From IMG/VR virus record IMGVR_UViG_3300044568_002560: a DNA stretch of 64,000 nt, one strand, 5' to 3'. The position numbers were made by a program, and so were the translations under genes. Positions 9,563 through 19,630 of this stretch are shown here, in pieces. A model generated the notes under the pieces. The model was not told the DNA's origin. It made no database searches and saw only the letters and a list, made by a program, of their open reading frames with translations. Source of the stretch: an uncultured virus (IMG/VR IMGVR_UViG_3300044568_002560) (Duplodnaviria > Heunggongvirae > Uroviricota > Caudoviricetes > Ackermannviridae). Numbering within the stretch: the first letter of the stretch is position 1; the number at the start of each line of letters is the position of its first letter.

Positions 9563-11268
9563 AGTCTACTAAAGTTGTTCACCTTCTTGAATGTAAGTAT
9601 GTTGGCAAACTTGTCAAGCAACTGGTCAGATTTGTGGCTAATTACGAATACATTGTTTGCTGCACCCATATTTTGGAGAATCTTTATGACTTCTTCTGTG
9701 CCTACTCCGTCCAAAGACGAATCAAATACTTCATCCAAAATAAGCAGGTTGGTGTTGGCTGAATTCTTCATTTTGGCAATGTCACGCCACGCCAACAGGA
9801 GCGACACATCTATTCGTAGTTTCTCACCTTCGCTAAAGTTTTCGTAGGAAAACTCGTCACGGTGACGACTCTTGATGATTTCCACAAAGTCCTCGTTCAG
9901 CGTGAACTGTGCAAAGAAATCCATAGACACCAAGTACTTGTTGATAATTTTATTCAGGGCAGGAATGTACTTCTTGATAATCTTGCGCTTGATGCCGCTG
10001 TCCTTGAGCAGCACGGTGGCAATCTCCATTGTGTGGAGGTCTTCAACCACGCCCTTGCGCTCGTCTTCCTTTTCACCCTGCTGCTGCTGAACGCTTTCAA
10101 GTGCTGTGCGCTCCGCAGCAATACTGTCTCGTTCTGCAATCGTTTTGGTTTGCAGATCACGCAACTGCTTGATGTACTTCTTGGAAGACGCAATAGCAGA
10201 ATCGGTTTTAGCCACTTCAGTCTGCTTGGTGTTCATGGCTTGTGATTCTTTTACCAAAGCGTCCAAGTGTGCCTTTTCTTTGCCGATCATTTCTTCAATC
10301 TTGCCGATAGCAGTTTGCAGTTCGTCTTGGCGAGCAGACTTCTTGGCAATCATGTCATCACGGAAAGACTGGGGTAGATCGTGCTTGCACACAGGGCAGT
10401 CTTCGTTCTTCTGATAGAAGTCACTCTCTTCCTGTGCCTTCTTGATGTTGCTGCTGATCTGCTTCTTGAGTGTAACCATTTGATTCAGCGAATCCCGCTT
10501 GGCATCAACCGCAGCAGTATTGGCAGTCATGGCATTTATCTCTGCCTGCAACTCGTCTTTTCGCTTTAGGAGTTCATCAAGCGTTTCCTGCTCTTCAGAT
10601 TCCTGCGAACGATACGATTGGAGTTGTGAATCAGACTTCTGCTCAATCTTGCCAATCAAATCCTTTTTGTGTTCCACCTTGAGTTTCAGGGTACTGATTT
10701 CTGCTTCCACTCCACGCAGAGACTCCTTTGCGTCTTGTAGACGGGACTTCAGCACATCATTCATCTTGGAGAACACATCAATATCCAACAGGTTTTCCAC
10801 GATGCCTCGTCTGTCTCCCGCAGGTAGACGCATAAACGGCACATAGTTGGTGGAACCCAAAATCACTACCTGACAAAAAGTCTTGTAGTTCATCTTGAGA
10901 ACTTGGGTTTCAAGTATTGCTTGGTAGTCTTTGGCATTGGCTGTCTGTTCCACAGGCTTGCCGTTTAGTTCCATAGTGAACAGTTTTGGAGCCAGTCCAC
11001 GAGTCACCTTGTACAAGTTGCCGTTCACGGTGAATTCTATCTCTACAAGACAGTCCTTGCCGTTGATGGAATTTACAAGTTGTGGCAGATTCACTCCACG
11101 ATACGGCTTTCCGTACAGCACAAAGGTCAAAGCATCCAACAGGGTGGTTTTGCCTGCACCGTTTTCACCACAGATCAGCGTGGTGGTGTGCTTGTCCAAC
11201 CGTACCTCTGTGAAAGTATTGCCTGTGCTTAACAGGTTCTTCCAACGAATTTTAGTAAACTGAATCAT
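9550..11268 (-). CDS. 46: Recombination endonuclease subunit gp46 (Rad50/SbcC-like)
   Basis: GENGAGKT, CPVC zinc hook, FSEGEK, LILDEVFD, VISH. Confidence 0.97.
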   Translation of the reverse strand: MIQFTKIRWKNLLSTGNTFTEVRLDKHTTTLICGENGAGKTTLLDALTFVLYGKPYRGVNLPQLVNSINGKDCLVEIEFTVNGNLYKVTRGLAPKLFTMELNGKPVEQTANAKDYQAILETQVLKMNYKTFCQVVILGSTNYVPFMRLPAGDRRGIVENLLDIDVFSKMNDVLKSRLQDAKESLRGVEAEISTLKLKVEHKKDLIGKIEQKSDSQLQSYRSQESEEQETLDELLKRKDELQAEINAMTANTAAVDAKRDSLNQMVTLKKQISSNIKKAQEESDFYQKNEDCPVCKHDLPQSFRDDMIAKKSARQDELQTAIGKIEEMIGKEKAHLDALVKESQAMNTKQTEVAKTDSAIASSKKYIKQLRDLQTKTIAERDSIAAERTALESVQQQQGEKEDERKGVVEDLHTMEIATVLLKDSGIKRKIIKKYIPALNKIINKYLVSMDFFAQFTLNEDFVEIIKSRHRDEFSYENFSEGEKLRIDVSLLLAWRDIAKMKNSANTNLLILDEVFDSSLDGVGTEEVIKILQNMGAANNVFVISHKSDQLLDKFANILTFKKVNNFSRLCTP

Positions 11269-12326
11269 TGCTGTTTAGTGTTTTCCAATGCCTGTGTTTC
11301 AGTGTACAGTTCACGCAGCAGCGTCTTGAGACGCGAAGCGTCCACATTCTGTAGCCCGTCAATCTCACGATTTATAATCGTAATGGTGTCTTCTGTCAAG
11401 TCCACATTCTCTTCCGCTACGGTTTCAGGAGCCAAGTCCTCAATCACCGTGACAGTTTGTGGTTGATGGGAGTACAACGAGTCCACGAATTTTTCAAACA
11501 GATACGGCTTGGTTTTGGTTTCCACCACAACCCGTACAAACTTGCCCCTGACACGAGACTCTTCCACTTGGATAGGAGTAGTTGGATCAGCGTCCTTGTC
11601 GTTGTATCGTAGTTGTGTAAAAATGGTATACGGATTAGGAATAAATTCCAAGTCGCCTGTATCGGTATCCAACACATGGAATCCCTTCTTGTCACCGTAA
11701 TCATTCATGGTGATCTGATACGGGCAACCCAAGTAATGCACATTGTCACGGCTATGGCGGCAATGGAAGTGTCCTGTGTACACAGCAGAGTATCGCTTGA
11801 ACAGGTCAGCATTCATGCCCCCATCAAACGGTGTGTTCCGCAACACATTGAATCCGTGTAGTTCAAGATGCCCACACAGGATGTCTGCGGGTGCAGTACG
11901 GATAAAATCAAGGCAGTCACCTTCGTTTTCCTTGTTGATCCACGGCACTAGAGCAAGTGGTCGCCCGTCAAATTCTTGAACCACAGGCTTTTCGTGAATC
12001 ACAAACTTTTCTGAAAACAGTTCACGAAGAGAGTTTACATTACTGGTGTTCTTGTAGAAGATATCGTGGTTGCCAAGAATCACATGGAATTCTGCACCTG
12101 TACGCTCAAGACGCTTTACGAACCCCTCACGCACCGCATTCAGGGTAGAGAAGTTCACAAACTTTCGGCGATCCAAGAAGTCACCCAAATGCAGGATATG
12201 AGTGGGCTGATGTGTTTCTACCCACGGGAAAAACACGCGGTCAAAAAACCGCATGAAGTGCTCCATGAATACAGGAGAATCGTTTCGTGCCCCAAAGTGG
12301 GTGTCAGTAATGATTGGCAGTTTCAC
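11265..12326 (-). CDS. 47: Recombination endonuclease subunit gp47 (Mre11/SbcD-like)
   Basis: ITDTHFG, LGDFLDRR, GNHD, GHFH. Confidence 0.97.
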   Translation of the reverse strand: MKLPIITDTHFGARNDSPVFMEHFMRFFDRVFFPWVETHQPTHILHLGDFLDRRKFVNFSTLNAVREGFVKRLERTGAEFHVILGNHDIFYKNTSNVNSLRELFSEKFVIHEKPVVQEFDGRPLALVPWINKENEGDCLDFIRTAPADILCGHLELHGFNVLRNTPFDGGMNADLFKRYSAVYTGHFHCRHSRDNVHYLGCPYQITMNDYGDKKGFHVLDTDTGDLEFIPNPYTIFTQLRYNDKDADPTTPIQVEESRVRGKFVRVVVETKTKPYLFEKFVDSLYSHQPQTVTVIEDLAPETVAEENVDLTEDTITIINREIDGLQNVDASRLKTLLRELYTETQALENTKQQ

Positions 12327-12871
12327 TTCTTGCCTTTAACTTTTTTCTTGATCTTGCTCTTGGTCTTTGGAGCGTCTTCAGGCTCCGTCTTCTTCTCAAA
12401 GTTTTGAATGTCTGTTTCGGTCAAAACAGATGGCTTATTTTCCGCACCACCAAGATAGTTCTCACGGAACCACTTCTTGAGGGTGGAGTCAATATTGGAA
12501 TTCTCAATCTTCTTGAGTTTAATATACGCCTGCTTCTTCTCCTTGGATATACGGCGAAGAAAAGCGTAGTAGATGATCTGTGTAAAGTACGAGAACGGAT
12601 TCGTGGACTTCTTGGGATCAAAGTTGTATGCGTACAGCAGGCAGTTCTCTATGCCGTCCGAAATCATCTCGTCCCTGTACGGGTAGTTGATGAAATTGGG
12701 CTTGCGAGACAGCCTGTCCGCGATGGACATAAAGCACTCTCCGATATATGAAGTAACTGGTGGGTGGGGCTTTTCGTCTTTGTCGGCGGCTTTCACTAAC
12801 GCCTTCCACACCTTCATCTCTTCAAAAAATCGTTTATTATCAATATAGTGTTCGGTCTTCTTCTTTGCCAT
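12323..12871 (-). CDS. 55: Late sigma factor gp55
   Basis: HYIDN, YIGECF, PNFINY, MISDGIENC, NPFSYFTQI. Confidence 0.97.
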   Translation of the reverse strand: MAKKKTEHYIDNKRFFEEMKVWKALVKAADKDEKPHPPVTSYIGECFMSIADRLSRKPNFINYPYRDEMISDGIENCLLYAYNFDPKKSTNPFSYFTQIIYYAFLRRISKEKKQAYIKLKKIENSNIDSTLKKWFRENYLGGAENKPSVLTETDIQNFEKKTEPEDAPKTKSKIKKKVKGKK

Positions 12872-12889
12872 GATGTCCTTTCATTACGA

Positions 12890-12917
12890 ATAGTATCACA
12901 CTTTCACGGTTTGTCAA
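12890..12917 (-). promoter_or_regulatory. Sigma70-like promoter upstream of gp55
   Basis: TTGACA-N16-TACTAT with a TGn extended -10. Confidence 0.65.
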
Positions 12918-13762
12918 GCACCATCTTGCGGATTTTCTCCGGTAAACCCGTGCATGTAGTCTTTCAAAAATGGCGACCAGTCATCAATCTTGTTGCCGTA
13001 ATCAGAACTCTTGGAGCGGTCTTCGGTGGGAGGCTTCCACTCGCTCTTGCTCTTGGACGGCTTCTGCTTCTTGGGCTGTCCGGGCTTCTTCTTTTTAGGC
13101 TTCATTACCGAGTCCATCATTTCAATATCCATGAAGTCCTCCATGCACTCTTTCATGTAATCCATTATTCCGTTTTCAATCCACTCGTTTAGAATATCGT
13201 TGGGAATTGAAAAACTAAACAGGATTCCGTTTTGTCGTGGCGGGAAAAGCGGAGGGAACGGAGGCAGTTTGCTTTTGCCTTTTGGTGGCTTGGGTGCGTT
13301 TGCGTCTTCAGGAAACGCAGGCTTGGTTCCCATCGGCTGATCCAATTTTGGAATGCCCATAGACTCTAGTAGGTCATCCAATTTCTTTAATTCTTCATCT
13401 GTTGGTGGAGGAATGGGTGCATCCAAATCTGCTTCAATTCCCCCTGTGCCACTAGCCCTAAAAGTGTCTTGTGCTTCGGATTGGGTGGCGTACAGTTTTT
13501 CCATGTCTGGATCAGGAGTCAAATCCAATAGTACAAACTCCCGTGGAATGTCTACCTTTAATTCCAGCGCACCACCAAGCCAATCAGTAAAATATAACAC
13601 ACTCTTTTTCACACCCGTAAAGGGATCAGCAGCCACAGAATAATTGATTCGCATAGGACGCTCTAGAGTAAACTTGCCACGAGGCTTGGCTGCAATCTTG
13701 GCAATAATCTCTTCACCGCTACGCAGTTTAAAGACTCGGAGTTTTGACTTCTTGGCTCTCAT
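12914..13762 (-). CDS. Hypothetical protein, N-terminal Sm-like domain and Pro/Lys-rich tail
   Basis: VFKLRSGEEIIA...LERPM; position between uvsW and gp55 as in cyanophage-type T4-likes. Confidence 0.65.
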   Translation of the reverse strand: MRAKKSKLRVFKLRSGEEIIAKIAAKPRGKFTLERPMRINYSVAADPFTGVKKSVLYFTDWLGGALELKVDIPREFVLLDLTPDPDMEKLYATQSEAQDTFRASGTGGIEADLDAPIPPPTDEELKKLDDLLESMGIPKLDQPMGTKPAFPEDANAPKPPKGKSKLPPFPPLFPPRQNGILFSFSIPNDILNEWIENGIMDYMKECMEDFMDIEMMDSVMKPKKKKPGQPKKQKPSKSKSEWKPPTEDRSKSSDYGNKIDDWSPFLKDYMHGFTGENPQDGA

Positions 13763-15264
13763 GTCTGTTTACCTCCTATGTCAACCTTTACTACCTTGTG
13801 CGCGAAGCCTTCGGATTCGTATATTTTCAGCCGCTCGGTCATGTGGCGCATGGTGTGGTTTACCCACGACTTCCACGACAGATCGTCACCGATATCAAAT
13901 AGTCTAGCAACCATCTTGTGTTCGGACACTCGTAACTGTCTGCCAATGCTCTGCAATACGCGAATTCGGGACTTTGAGGGAGAAGCAAAGATGATATTGT
14001 TGAGTCTTCGTATAGAGATACCAGTGCTGAATGTTCCGTAAGACGCGATGATGACTGCATTTTCTTGTGTCTCCACAATTTTGCGTATCTCTTCTCGTTC
14101 GCCTGCTTCTGTTCCTCCATGAACAAAGAAAACTTTACGAGCAGAATCAACACACTCACTCACTAACTTATGTAGTTCCGCACCGTGTCCCTCAACGAAT
14201 TGAAATAGTACAAGCGTGTTGCCTTTTAATTTTTCACACATGTTTGCAATAAATGTGTTTCGTCGTTGTGAAGAGATAAGCCATTTGATCTCGTCTTGGT
14301 ATTTGGCTCGCTTGAGTAATTGACGATCTTCTTGGGGATAGCCCAACACGATGCAATCAATTTTCAAATCGCTGAGGATTTTCTTTTCCATCAAGTCTTT
14401 GGTTTTGGTGACTTCATACGCACGACCAAACAGCCCTTCAAGCACAAGACGATGGGTTTGCGTACCGTCTAGTGTGCCTGTTGTGCCTACACGAAACGGG
14501 CAGGTCTTTAGTTTGGTCATAATAGAAGTAAGCGATTTGGCTTTAAACAGGTGAGCCTCGTCACCAACCACAGCACCAAACTGCTGAAAGTATTTTTCGT
14601 TCTGCTTGAACACGCTCTGCCATGTGGAAATCACCACACGCCTGTCTGTGGTCTTGCTTGCACCTGCCAGAATCTTGTGGCAGTTCTGATTCACGCGCCA
14701 ATTGTTGTCGTATGAGTAGTCAATAAAATCAGAGTACATCTGCTCCACAAGAGACACCGTAGGCACAATAATCAGCACCTTTTTGTCCTTGGGAATCTTG
14801 TCCAAGTAGTATCGTAGCAGCGAATATATGATAAGACTCTTGCCGCTACCTGTGGGAGACAGCAGCAAGCACCGCTCCCGTTCTATAGCATGATGCACAG
14901 CGTTTATTTGGTGTGTATGGGCTTTGGCTTTCTTGCCACCCACACACACCTGTAAGAAATCCTCTATAAAACTTCTTACAGCATCGGTGGTGGTTTTGAA
15001 TCCGTTTGTGGCAGGCATACCCACAGAATACCCACGCTCTGCGGCAAACTTTTCAATGTATTCAGCAAGCCCACCGTATATCTGTTGTGTGTGTATGTTA
15101 TACAGGCAAATCTCGCCGTTCCACATACGGCTACGATACGCAGGCATAAACTTGTAACCGGGAACCTTGAATGTAAAAAAGTCAGCCAACTCTTTGGCAA
15201 TACCGCGCTCGCATTGAACGCGAAGCCAAACAGAATCAACTATGCTTACATCAAGGTCTACCAT
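13759..15264 (-). CDS. uvsW: DNA helicase UvsW (SF2)
   Basis: SPTGSGKS, GDEAH, TGTL, QSIGRQLR. Confidence 0.96.
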   Translation of the reverse strand: MVDLDVSIVDSVWLRVQCERGIAKELADFFTFKVPGYKFMPAYRSRMWNGEICLYNIHTQQIYGGLAEYIEKFAAERGYSVGMPATNGFKTTTDAVRSFIEDFLQVCVGGKKAKAHTHQINAVHHAIERERCLLLSPTGSGKSLIIYSLLRYYLDKIPKDKKVLIIVPTVSLVEQMYSDFIDYSYDNNWRVNQNCHKILAGASKTTDRRVVISTWQSVFKQNEKYFQQFGAVVGDEAHLFKAKSLTSIMTKLKTCPFRVGTTGTLDGTQTHRLVLEGLFGRAYEVTKTKDLMEKKILSDLKIDCIVLGYPQEDRQLLKRAKYQDEIKWLISSQRRNTFIANMCEKLKGNTLVLFQFVEGHGAELHKLVSECVDSARKVFFVHGGTEAGEREEIRKIVETQENAVIIASYGTFSTGISIRRLNNIIFASPSKSRIRVLQSIGRQLRVSEHKMVARLFDIGDDLSWKSWVNHTMRHMTERLKIYESEGFAHKVVKVDIGGKQT

Positions 15265-15815
15265 TACACCAACGCTTCACTTCCTAGAACCTCTCCGTTG
15301 AATCGTATGGTGCGGCTGCTGTTTAGGTTGCCTTCCCATCCAATCACAGTTATTCCAGCGTCTCGCATCATGGCTAAACCCTCACGCACACTTTCTTGCC
15401 ACTTGGGGGGAGTGCGCTCAACCAAACGCCTGAAAGTCACAACTCTGCTGATATTAAACTCTATAATGGCACGAGCACATTCAGCACAGGCAATCCATGT
15501 GCCGTACATCTGAAGCCCACCAACACTCAAATTGTTGGCTACAGACTTGTACAGTACTCTGCGCTCTGCGTGTTCAAAACAGTAGTTTTTGGTTTCGGGA
15601 GTTCGTGGATACCCCTTGCCGCACAGGGCAGGAGGCAATTCATTCCATGCCGCAAGCACGATTCCACCTGCCCATGTTACAAGAGCAGACGCAACCTGTG
15701 TGTTAGGGTCTTGACTGTGTGCAGAAGCCATTTCCCAAATATCCCGCAAATAGCGTGCATCACGATCTTCGTTTTCAGGATCGCAGTCTAGCAGATCGTC
15801 CCATTCATTGCCCAT
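15264..15815 (-). CDS. dCMP deaminase family protein
   Basis: SQDPNTQV, HAE, ACAEC zinc motif. Confidence 0.85.
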   Translation of the reverse strand: MGNEWDDLLDCDPENEDRDARYLRDIWEMASAHSQDPNTQVASALVTWAGGIVLAAWNELPPALCGKGYPRTPETKNYCFEHAERRVLYKSVANNLSVGGLQMYGTWIACAECARAIIEFNISRVVTFRRLVERTPPKWQESVREGLAMMRDAGITVIGWEGNLNSSRTIRFNGEVLGSEALV

Positions 15816-16239
15816 TTACAAATTTCCTCCACTCAATAGCATTTCTGATTTTCCAATGGCGATTGTTGAGTTCTTTCACGATCTCTTCCAACAGCCCAAT
15901 CTTTTCTTTTTGGTAGTACATTTTTTGACGAGCCTTCACGATGTCCGTATCAGCATTCAGATACATGTCCAAATCGTTACGCAGAATCTTGAGATTGAAA
16001 GGCTCCCATCCACGCGCTGCTAACTGCTCTTCGCTCATCTTGCCTGTATAGTACTCCCACTTGTCACGAGTAACCACAGCCACCTCGTTTTCGTACTTGG
16101 CAAACATGAGGCGTTCTTCCAACAAGAAGTTCATGTACTTGTTGTGGAGTTGTGGAATGCGTAGCGATTCGGTGTCTAGTGCCGAATCGTCAATACGGGT
16201 GTCCCGCTCCAACTCTTTGCGAATGTCGTCTAGGGTCAT
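15805..16239 (-). CDS. uvsY: Recombination mediator UvsY
   Basis: ESLRIPQLHNKY, KWEYYTGK, IRNAIEWRKF; start trimmed to ATG 16239 after a GGAGA RBS. Confidence 0.93.
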   Translation of the reverse strand: MTLDDIRKELERDTRIDDSALDTESLRIPQLHNKYMNFLLEERLMFAKYENEVAVVTRDKWEYYTGKMSEEQLAARGWEPFNLKILRNDLDMYLNADTDIVKARQKMYYQKEKIGLLEEIVKELNNRHWKIRNAIEWRKFVNGQ

Positions 16240-16259
16240 AAACAAATCTCCGTTTGAGG

Positions 16260-16287
16260 AGTATACACGAGATTCTATGGAAGTCAA
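16260..16287 (-). promoter_or_regulatory. Sigma70-like promoter upstream of uvsY
   Basis: TTGACT-N16-TATACT at the boundary of the structural and replication modules. Confidence 0.65.
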
Positions 16288-16318
16288 GCGGTCGTACTTG
16301 TCCACTCAAATAAAAATA

Positions 16319-16846
16319 TTAGAGAGTCTCTATTTCGTAACTGCGGTATTTGAAAGTGCAGTTTGCAATAAACGGCTCTGGATCAACCACCGCAGAGTTA
16401 AAGTCTATAGCCGATAGACTGCGTGGATAGATGTCGTTGAATGTCACATTCAATTTGGGATTCTTCTTGGAATTCAAAATAATCAGATTGGCTGTGGCTA
16501 CATGGGTGTTCACGGGGCGGAACTCGTCGTAGTTTTCCACATTGGTCACAGACCGCATCCAATTATACAGTTCAAGCCAATTACCCATAGCCTCGTCCAC
16601 CACAAAACCAATGGTTAGTTCGTCAAAGTCTAATTTGGACGGTCTGGATATTTGAACAAACGGCGTGGGCATAATCACTTCACTCATGGTGATAGTGGGC
16701 AACGACACGCTTTGACAAAAATACGATACCTTGGGAAGCCGACTAACAGTAAACCGATAGTAGGTCGGCAGCAGCGGATTCATGTATTGAGGGTATCTGT
16801 CTAGAATCCCCTCTTCAATATCTGTAAAATTGTAGGGTATTGACAT
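16319..16846 (-). CDS. 3: Tail completion/sheath stabiliser gp3
   Basis: YFCQSVSLP, FVVDEAMGNWLELYNWM, FNDIYPRSLS; follows gp23. Confidence 0.85.
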   Translation of the reverse strand: MSIPYNFTDIEEGILDRYPQYMNPLLPTYYRFTVSRLPKVSYFCQSVSLPTITMSEVIMPTPFVQISRPSKLDFDELTIGFVVDEAMGNWLELYNWMRSVTNVENYDEFRPVNTHVATANLIILNSKKNPKLNVTFNDIYPRSLSAIDFNSAVVDPEPFIANCTFKYRSYEIETL

Positions 16847-16853
16847 GTGTAAG

Positions 16854-16860
16854 TATTTAG
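16854..16860 (-). promoter_or_regulatory. Late promoter CTAAATA (gp55-type) upstream of gp3
   Basis: TAAATA also at 5397, 20563, 27409, 30441, 62554, 62837, 63190 (minus) and 58401 (plus); variants TACATA/TAGATA at 19619, 22971, 25057, 32893, 56643; all just upstream of genes. Confidence 0.75.
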
Positions 16861-16865
16861 ACACC

Positions 16866-16900
16866 AAAAGAAAAGGGGGAGAGGTTTGAGCCTCTCCCCC
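16866..16900 (-). terminator. Rho-independent terminator after gp23
   Basis: GGGGGAGAGG-CTCAAA-CCTCTCCCCC followed by TTTTCTTTT. Confidence 0.9.
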
Positions 16901-16923
16901 AAGTCTTCAGGTTACTGTGACTA

Positions 16924-18375
16924 TTACGACGCTACGCCGTGTAGGTTATCTACGCGGAAGATGCGGTAGTAACGGTTGGTGCGGGCGGTGAGTGCGCCGC
17001 TACCAACATTTACGCCTTCAGCGAAGGGGTTCGCAACCATGCCGTAGCGGGTCTTGAACGCGATCTTGGGCTGGAAGGAGTTAGTATCAACGGCGCGCAT
17101 CATCTGTAGCGGGACATAGGGGCAGTAGAAGATACCAGCGTCGTATGGGCTGGTTCCCTTGTATCCTACACAGACAAAGTTAGAACCGCTAGTGGCAGCG
17201 GTGTCGATGTACGGATCAATGTACACCTTGACCTTGCCGTTTAGAGTACCAGCAAAGGTGTTGCCGGTATCGTCCACATCAAGGCTGACATTCAGCGCGG
17301 GGCTGATGTTCAGGAATCCACCCATTGCGAGGGCTGAAGCAACATCTGCCGAGCAGATGATGAAGTTGCCCTTACCGCGACGGGTATCCTTTGCGATCTG
17401 GTTGCACTCGCGCTCAATCTGGAACATTAGACCACGGAACTTTTCCGCGCTCCAACGACCGTCAGAGTCTTGAATGAGATCGTATACGCCACCTACTGTG
17501 GCTGAACCACTCAAACCACCTTGAACAGTCTTGTAGTACAGATCGCCCTGCTGTGCTCCGAGTCTTGCGCTACGATAAACGGTACGAACCACTTCGCGGT
17601 TGATTTCAGACAGAATTTCTGTGCTGAGAATGTTGGCGAGTTCGGTTTCAGCGTCTAGACCGTGAACAGCCTTAAGGTCTTGAGCCAATTCCACCGAGTA
17701 CGAAGCAGCAAGAGCACGAGTACGGGCTTCTACGGCTACGCGCTCAATGGTGAATGCCATCTGAGCAGGACTCAAACCTTCGCCAGCAGAGGTGTTGAAA
17801 CCTGAACCGCTAGTCATGCCAACACCGCTAGCAGCGGCGGGATCATTAAGTCCAGGCAAACCAAGAAACGGATCAACAAAGAAAGCAGCGAATGTTGAAC
17901 CTGCGGCAGTTCGACCGACACTACCAGCGTTGGAGTTGTTAGAAGTAACGCCCGAGAACGCAACCTGTGGTTCGTTGAACATGGCTTCTGCACCAAGAGC
18001 ACCACCGTCAGTAGTGGTGGCGTACTTGGTACGCATTGCAAAGATCAAGCCTGTCGGAGCCGACATAGCCTGAACGCCGCAGATGTCGTATGCCATTAGG
18101 TTGGGCATAGCGCGACGAACCAACTGGATTAGAATTGGATCGTAGCCCTGAATTTGAGCAGACGAATCGCCCGCGCCACCCACAACGCCGGTTCCACTCA
18201 TGTTGCTGGTTGGGCCTTCGGTTAGCATCTGCTGCTTGATTGCCTTCTCCTGATTCTCTAGGAGGGTGGCAGTTACGGCGCGACGATGGGGATCTGCAAT
18301 TGCAGCCATGTCGGCGTGGTCTAGAACAGGCTTCCACTTGCGGAGAGCGTGTTCGGTTAGCATCTTGTCTTCCAT
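16924..18375 (-). CDS. 23: Major capsid protein gp23
   Basis: LVRRAMPNLMAYDICGVQ, ELAQDLKAVHGLDAETELANILSTEI, YCPYVPL, FKTRYG. Confidence 0.98.
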   Translation of the reverse strand: MEDKMLTEHALRKWKPVLDHADMAAIADPHRRAVTATLLENQEKAIKQQMLTEGPTSNMSGTGVVGGAGDSSAQIQGYDPILIQLVRRAMPNLMAYDICGVQAMSAPTGLIFAMRTKYATTTDGGALGAEAMFNEPQVAFSGVTSNNSNAGSVGRTAAGSTFAAFFVDPFLGLPGLNDPAAASGVGMTSGSGFNTSAGEGLSPAQMAFTIERVAVEARTRALAASYSVELAQDLKAVHGLDAETELANILSTEILSEINREVVRTVYRSARLGAQQGDLYYKTVQGGLSGSATVGGVYDLIQDSDGRWSAEKFRGLMFQIERECNQIAKDTRRGKGNFIICSADVASALAMGGFLNISPALNVSLDVDDTGNTFAGTLNGKVKVYIDPYIDTAATSGSNFVCVGYKGTSPYDAGIFYCPYVPLQMMRAVDTNSFQPKIAFKTRYGMVANPFAEGVNVGSGALTARTNRYYRIFRVDNLHGVAS

Positions 18376-18442
18376 GATAGTGACTCCTTTGGTTGTTTAA
18401 CAGTCGGAATTGACTGGAAAGTGTGAATTGAAAAAGTGAAAT

Positions 18443-19597
18443 TTAGTCCTTGCTCTTGCTCATGGACTTGAGGTAAGCCTCCATGAGCGGAGAAGATTCA
18501 GAACCTTCCTCGTAGGACTCTTCTAGAGTCTCTTCTTCGGCAGATTCGGTGGCGGTGCTACCAATGTTCTCAATGTTCTCGCGGAGAACAGAGAGTTTTT
18601 CGGCAAACTGCTCTACGGACTCAAACTCAACGCTCTCGGCTAGATCGCGTAGTTTTTGAATCTCGGTGTCGGTTAGTCCTTCAGCCATTTCGCGGAACAG
18701 GAGTTCGCAACGGAGTTGTTCGCACTCTTCGTTGATCTCCATGTTCTTGGCAACCTGACCGTCTAGTTCGCTCTTGAGGCTCTCGTAGTCCTCAACAGTG
18801 GACTCAAACAGATCAAGTTTCTCCTCGGGGATTTCAATGTACGACTCGGCAAACACGCCCTTGAGACGCTCAATGAATCCTTCGGTGATCTCGGTGCGAA
18901 GACCGTTGCTGACAGCCAGACGGTTCTCCTGCATCCACTCTTCCACCACATAGTTGAGGTACTCATCAATACGCTCAACCATTTCTTCGGTGACGGCGAG
19001 AGTGTGCTCTTCTAGTAGAGTCTCGTACTTGGCTTGAATCTCTTCCTCAATCTCGTCAACGCGAGACGCAAGGTGAGCCTCAAACAAGGTAGCGGCTTCG
19101 GTCTTGAACTCTTCGGTTAGTTCCTTGCCAGCGAACAAGGTTTCAATGCTCTCCTTCATGGAGGGCTTCTCTACCTTGCCGTTGGCATCGCTCTTCTTAG
19201 CCTTGATGGTAGCCATGTTCTTGCCAGCGTTTGCGTTGTGCGGCTCTGGAATCTTAGCACCCTTCTTGTTAGCATCGTGACTAATGTCGGTAGATGCGTA
19301 GTCAGAGGCGGCTTCCTTGACTTCCTTCTTCTTGAAAGAGAACTTCTTCATGGGCTTGTCTTCCTCTTCCTCTTCGTCCTCGTCTTCAGACTCTTCGTCC
19401 TCTGACTCGTCTTCATCTTCTTCCTTGGCTTCTTCTAGTTCGCCTTCGTACTCTTCCTCCACAACCTCTTCCTCAACAACCTCGTCCTCACCCTCTTGGG
19501 CTTCGGTGGGTTCTTCGGTGGGTTCGGGGTTTTCCGCAAGGAAACCTTCGCCTAGAATTACCTTCTTGATGACATCTTCAATGTTTTCGTTAGCCAT
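18443..19597 (-). CDS. 22: Prohead core scaffold gp22
   Basis: Acidic; EEFKTEAATLFEA, YLNYVVEEWMQEN, MEAY. Confidence 0.93.
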   Translation of the reverse strand: MANENIEDVIKKVILGEGFLAENPEPTEEPTEAQEGEDEVVEEEVVEEEYEGELEEAKEEDEDESEDEESEDEDEEEEEDKPMKKFSFKKKEVKEAASDYASTDISHDANKKGAKIPEPHNANAGKNMATIKAKKSDANGKVEKPSMKESIETLFAGKELTEEFKTEAATLFEAHLASRVDEIEEEIQAKYETLLEEHTLAVTEEMVERIDEYLNYVVEEWMQENRLAVSNGLRTEITEGFIERLKGVFAESYIEIPEEKLDLFESTVEDYESLKSELDGQVAKNMEINEECEQLRCELLFREMAEGLTDTEIQKLRDLAESVEFESVEQFAEKLSVLRENIENIGSTATESAEEETLEESYEEGSESSPLMEAYLKSMSKSKD

Positions 19598-19630
19598 GAC
19601 TGGAGTTCTCCTTTAGAATATGTAGACGCT

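Noticed and set aside
19317..19530. Low-complexity TCT/TCC-rich tract
   Set aside because: It encodes the acidic Glu/Asp N-terminus of scaffold gp22.
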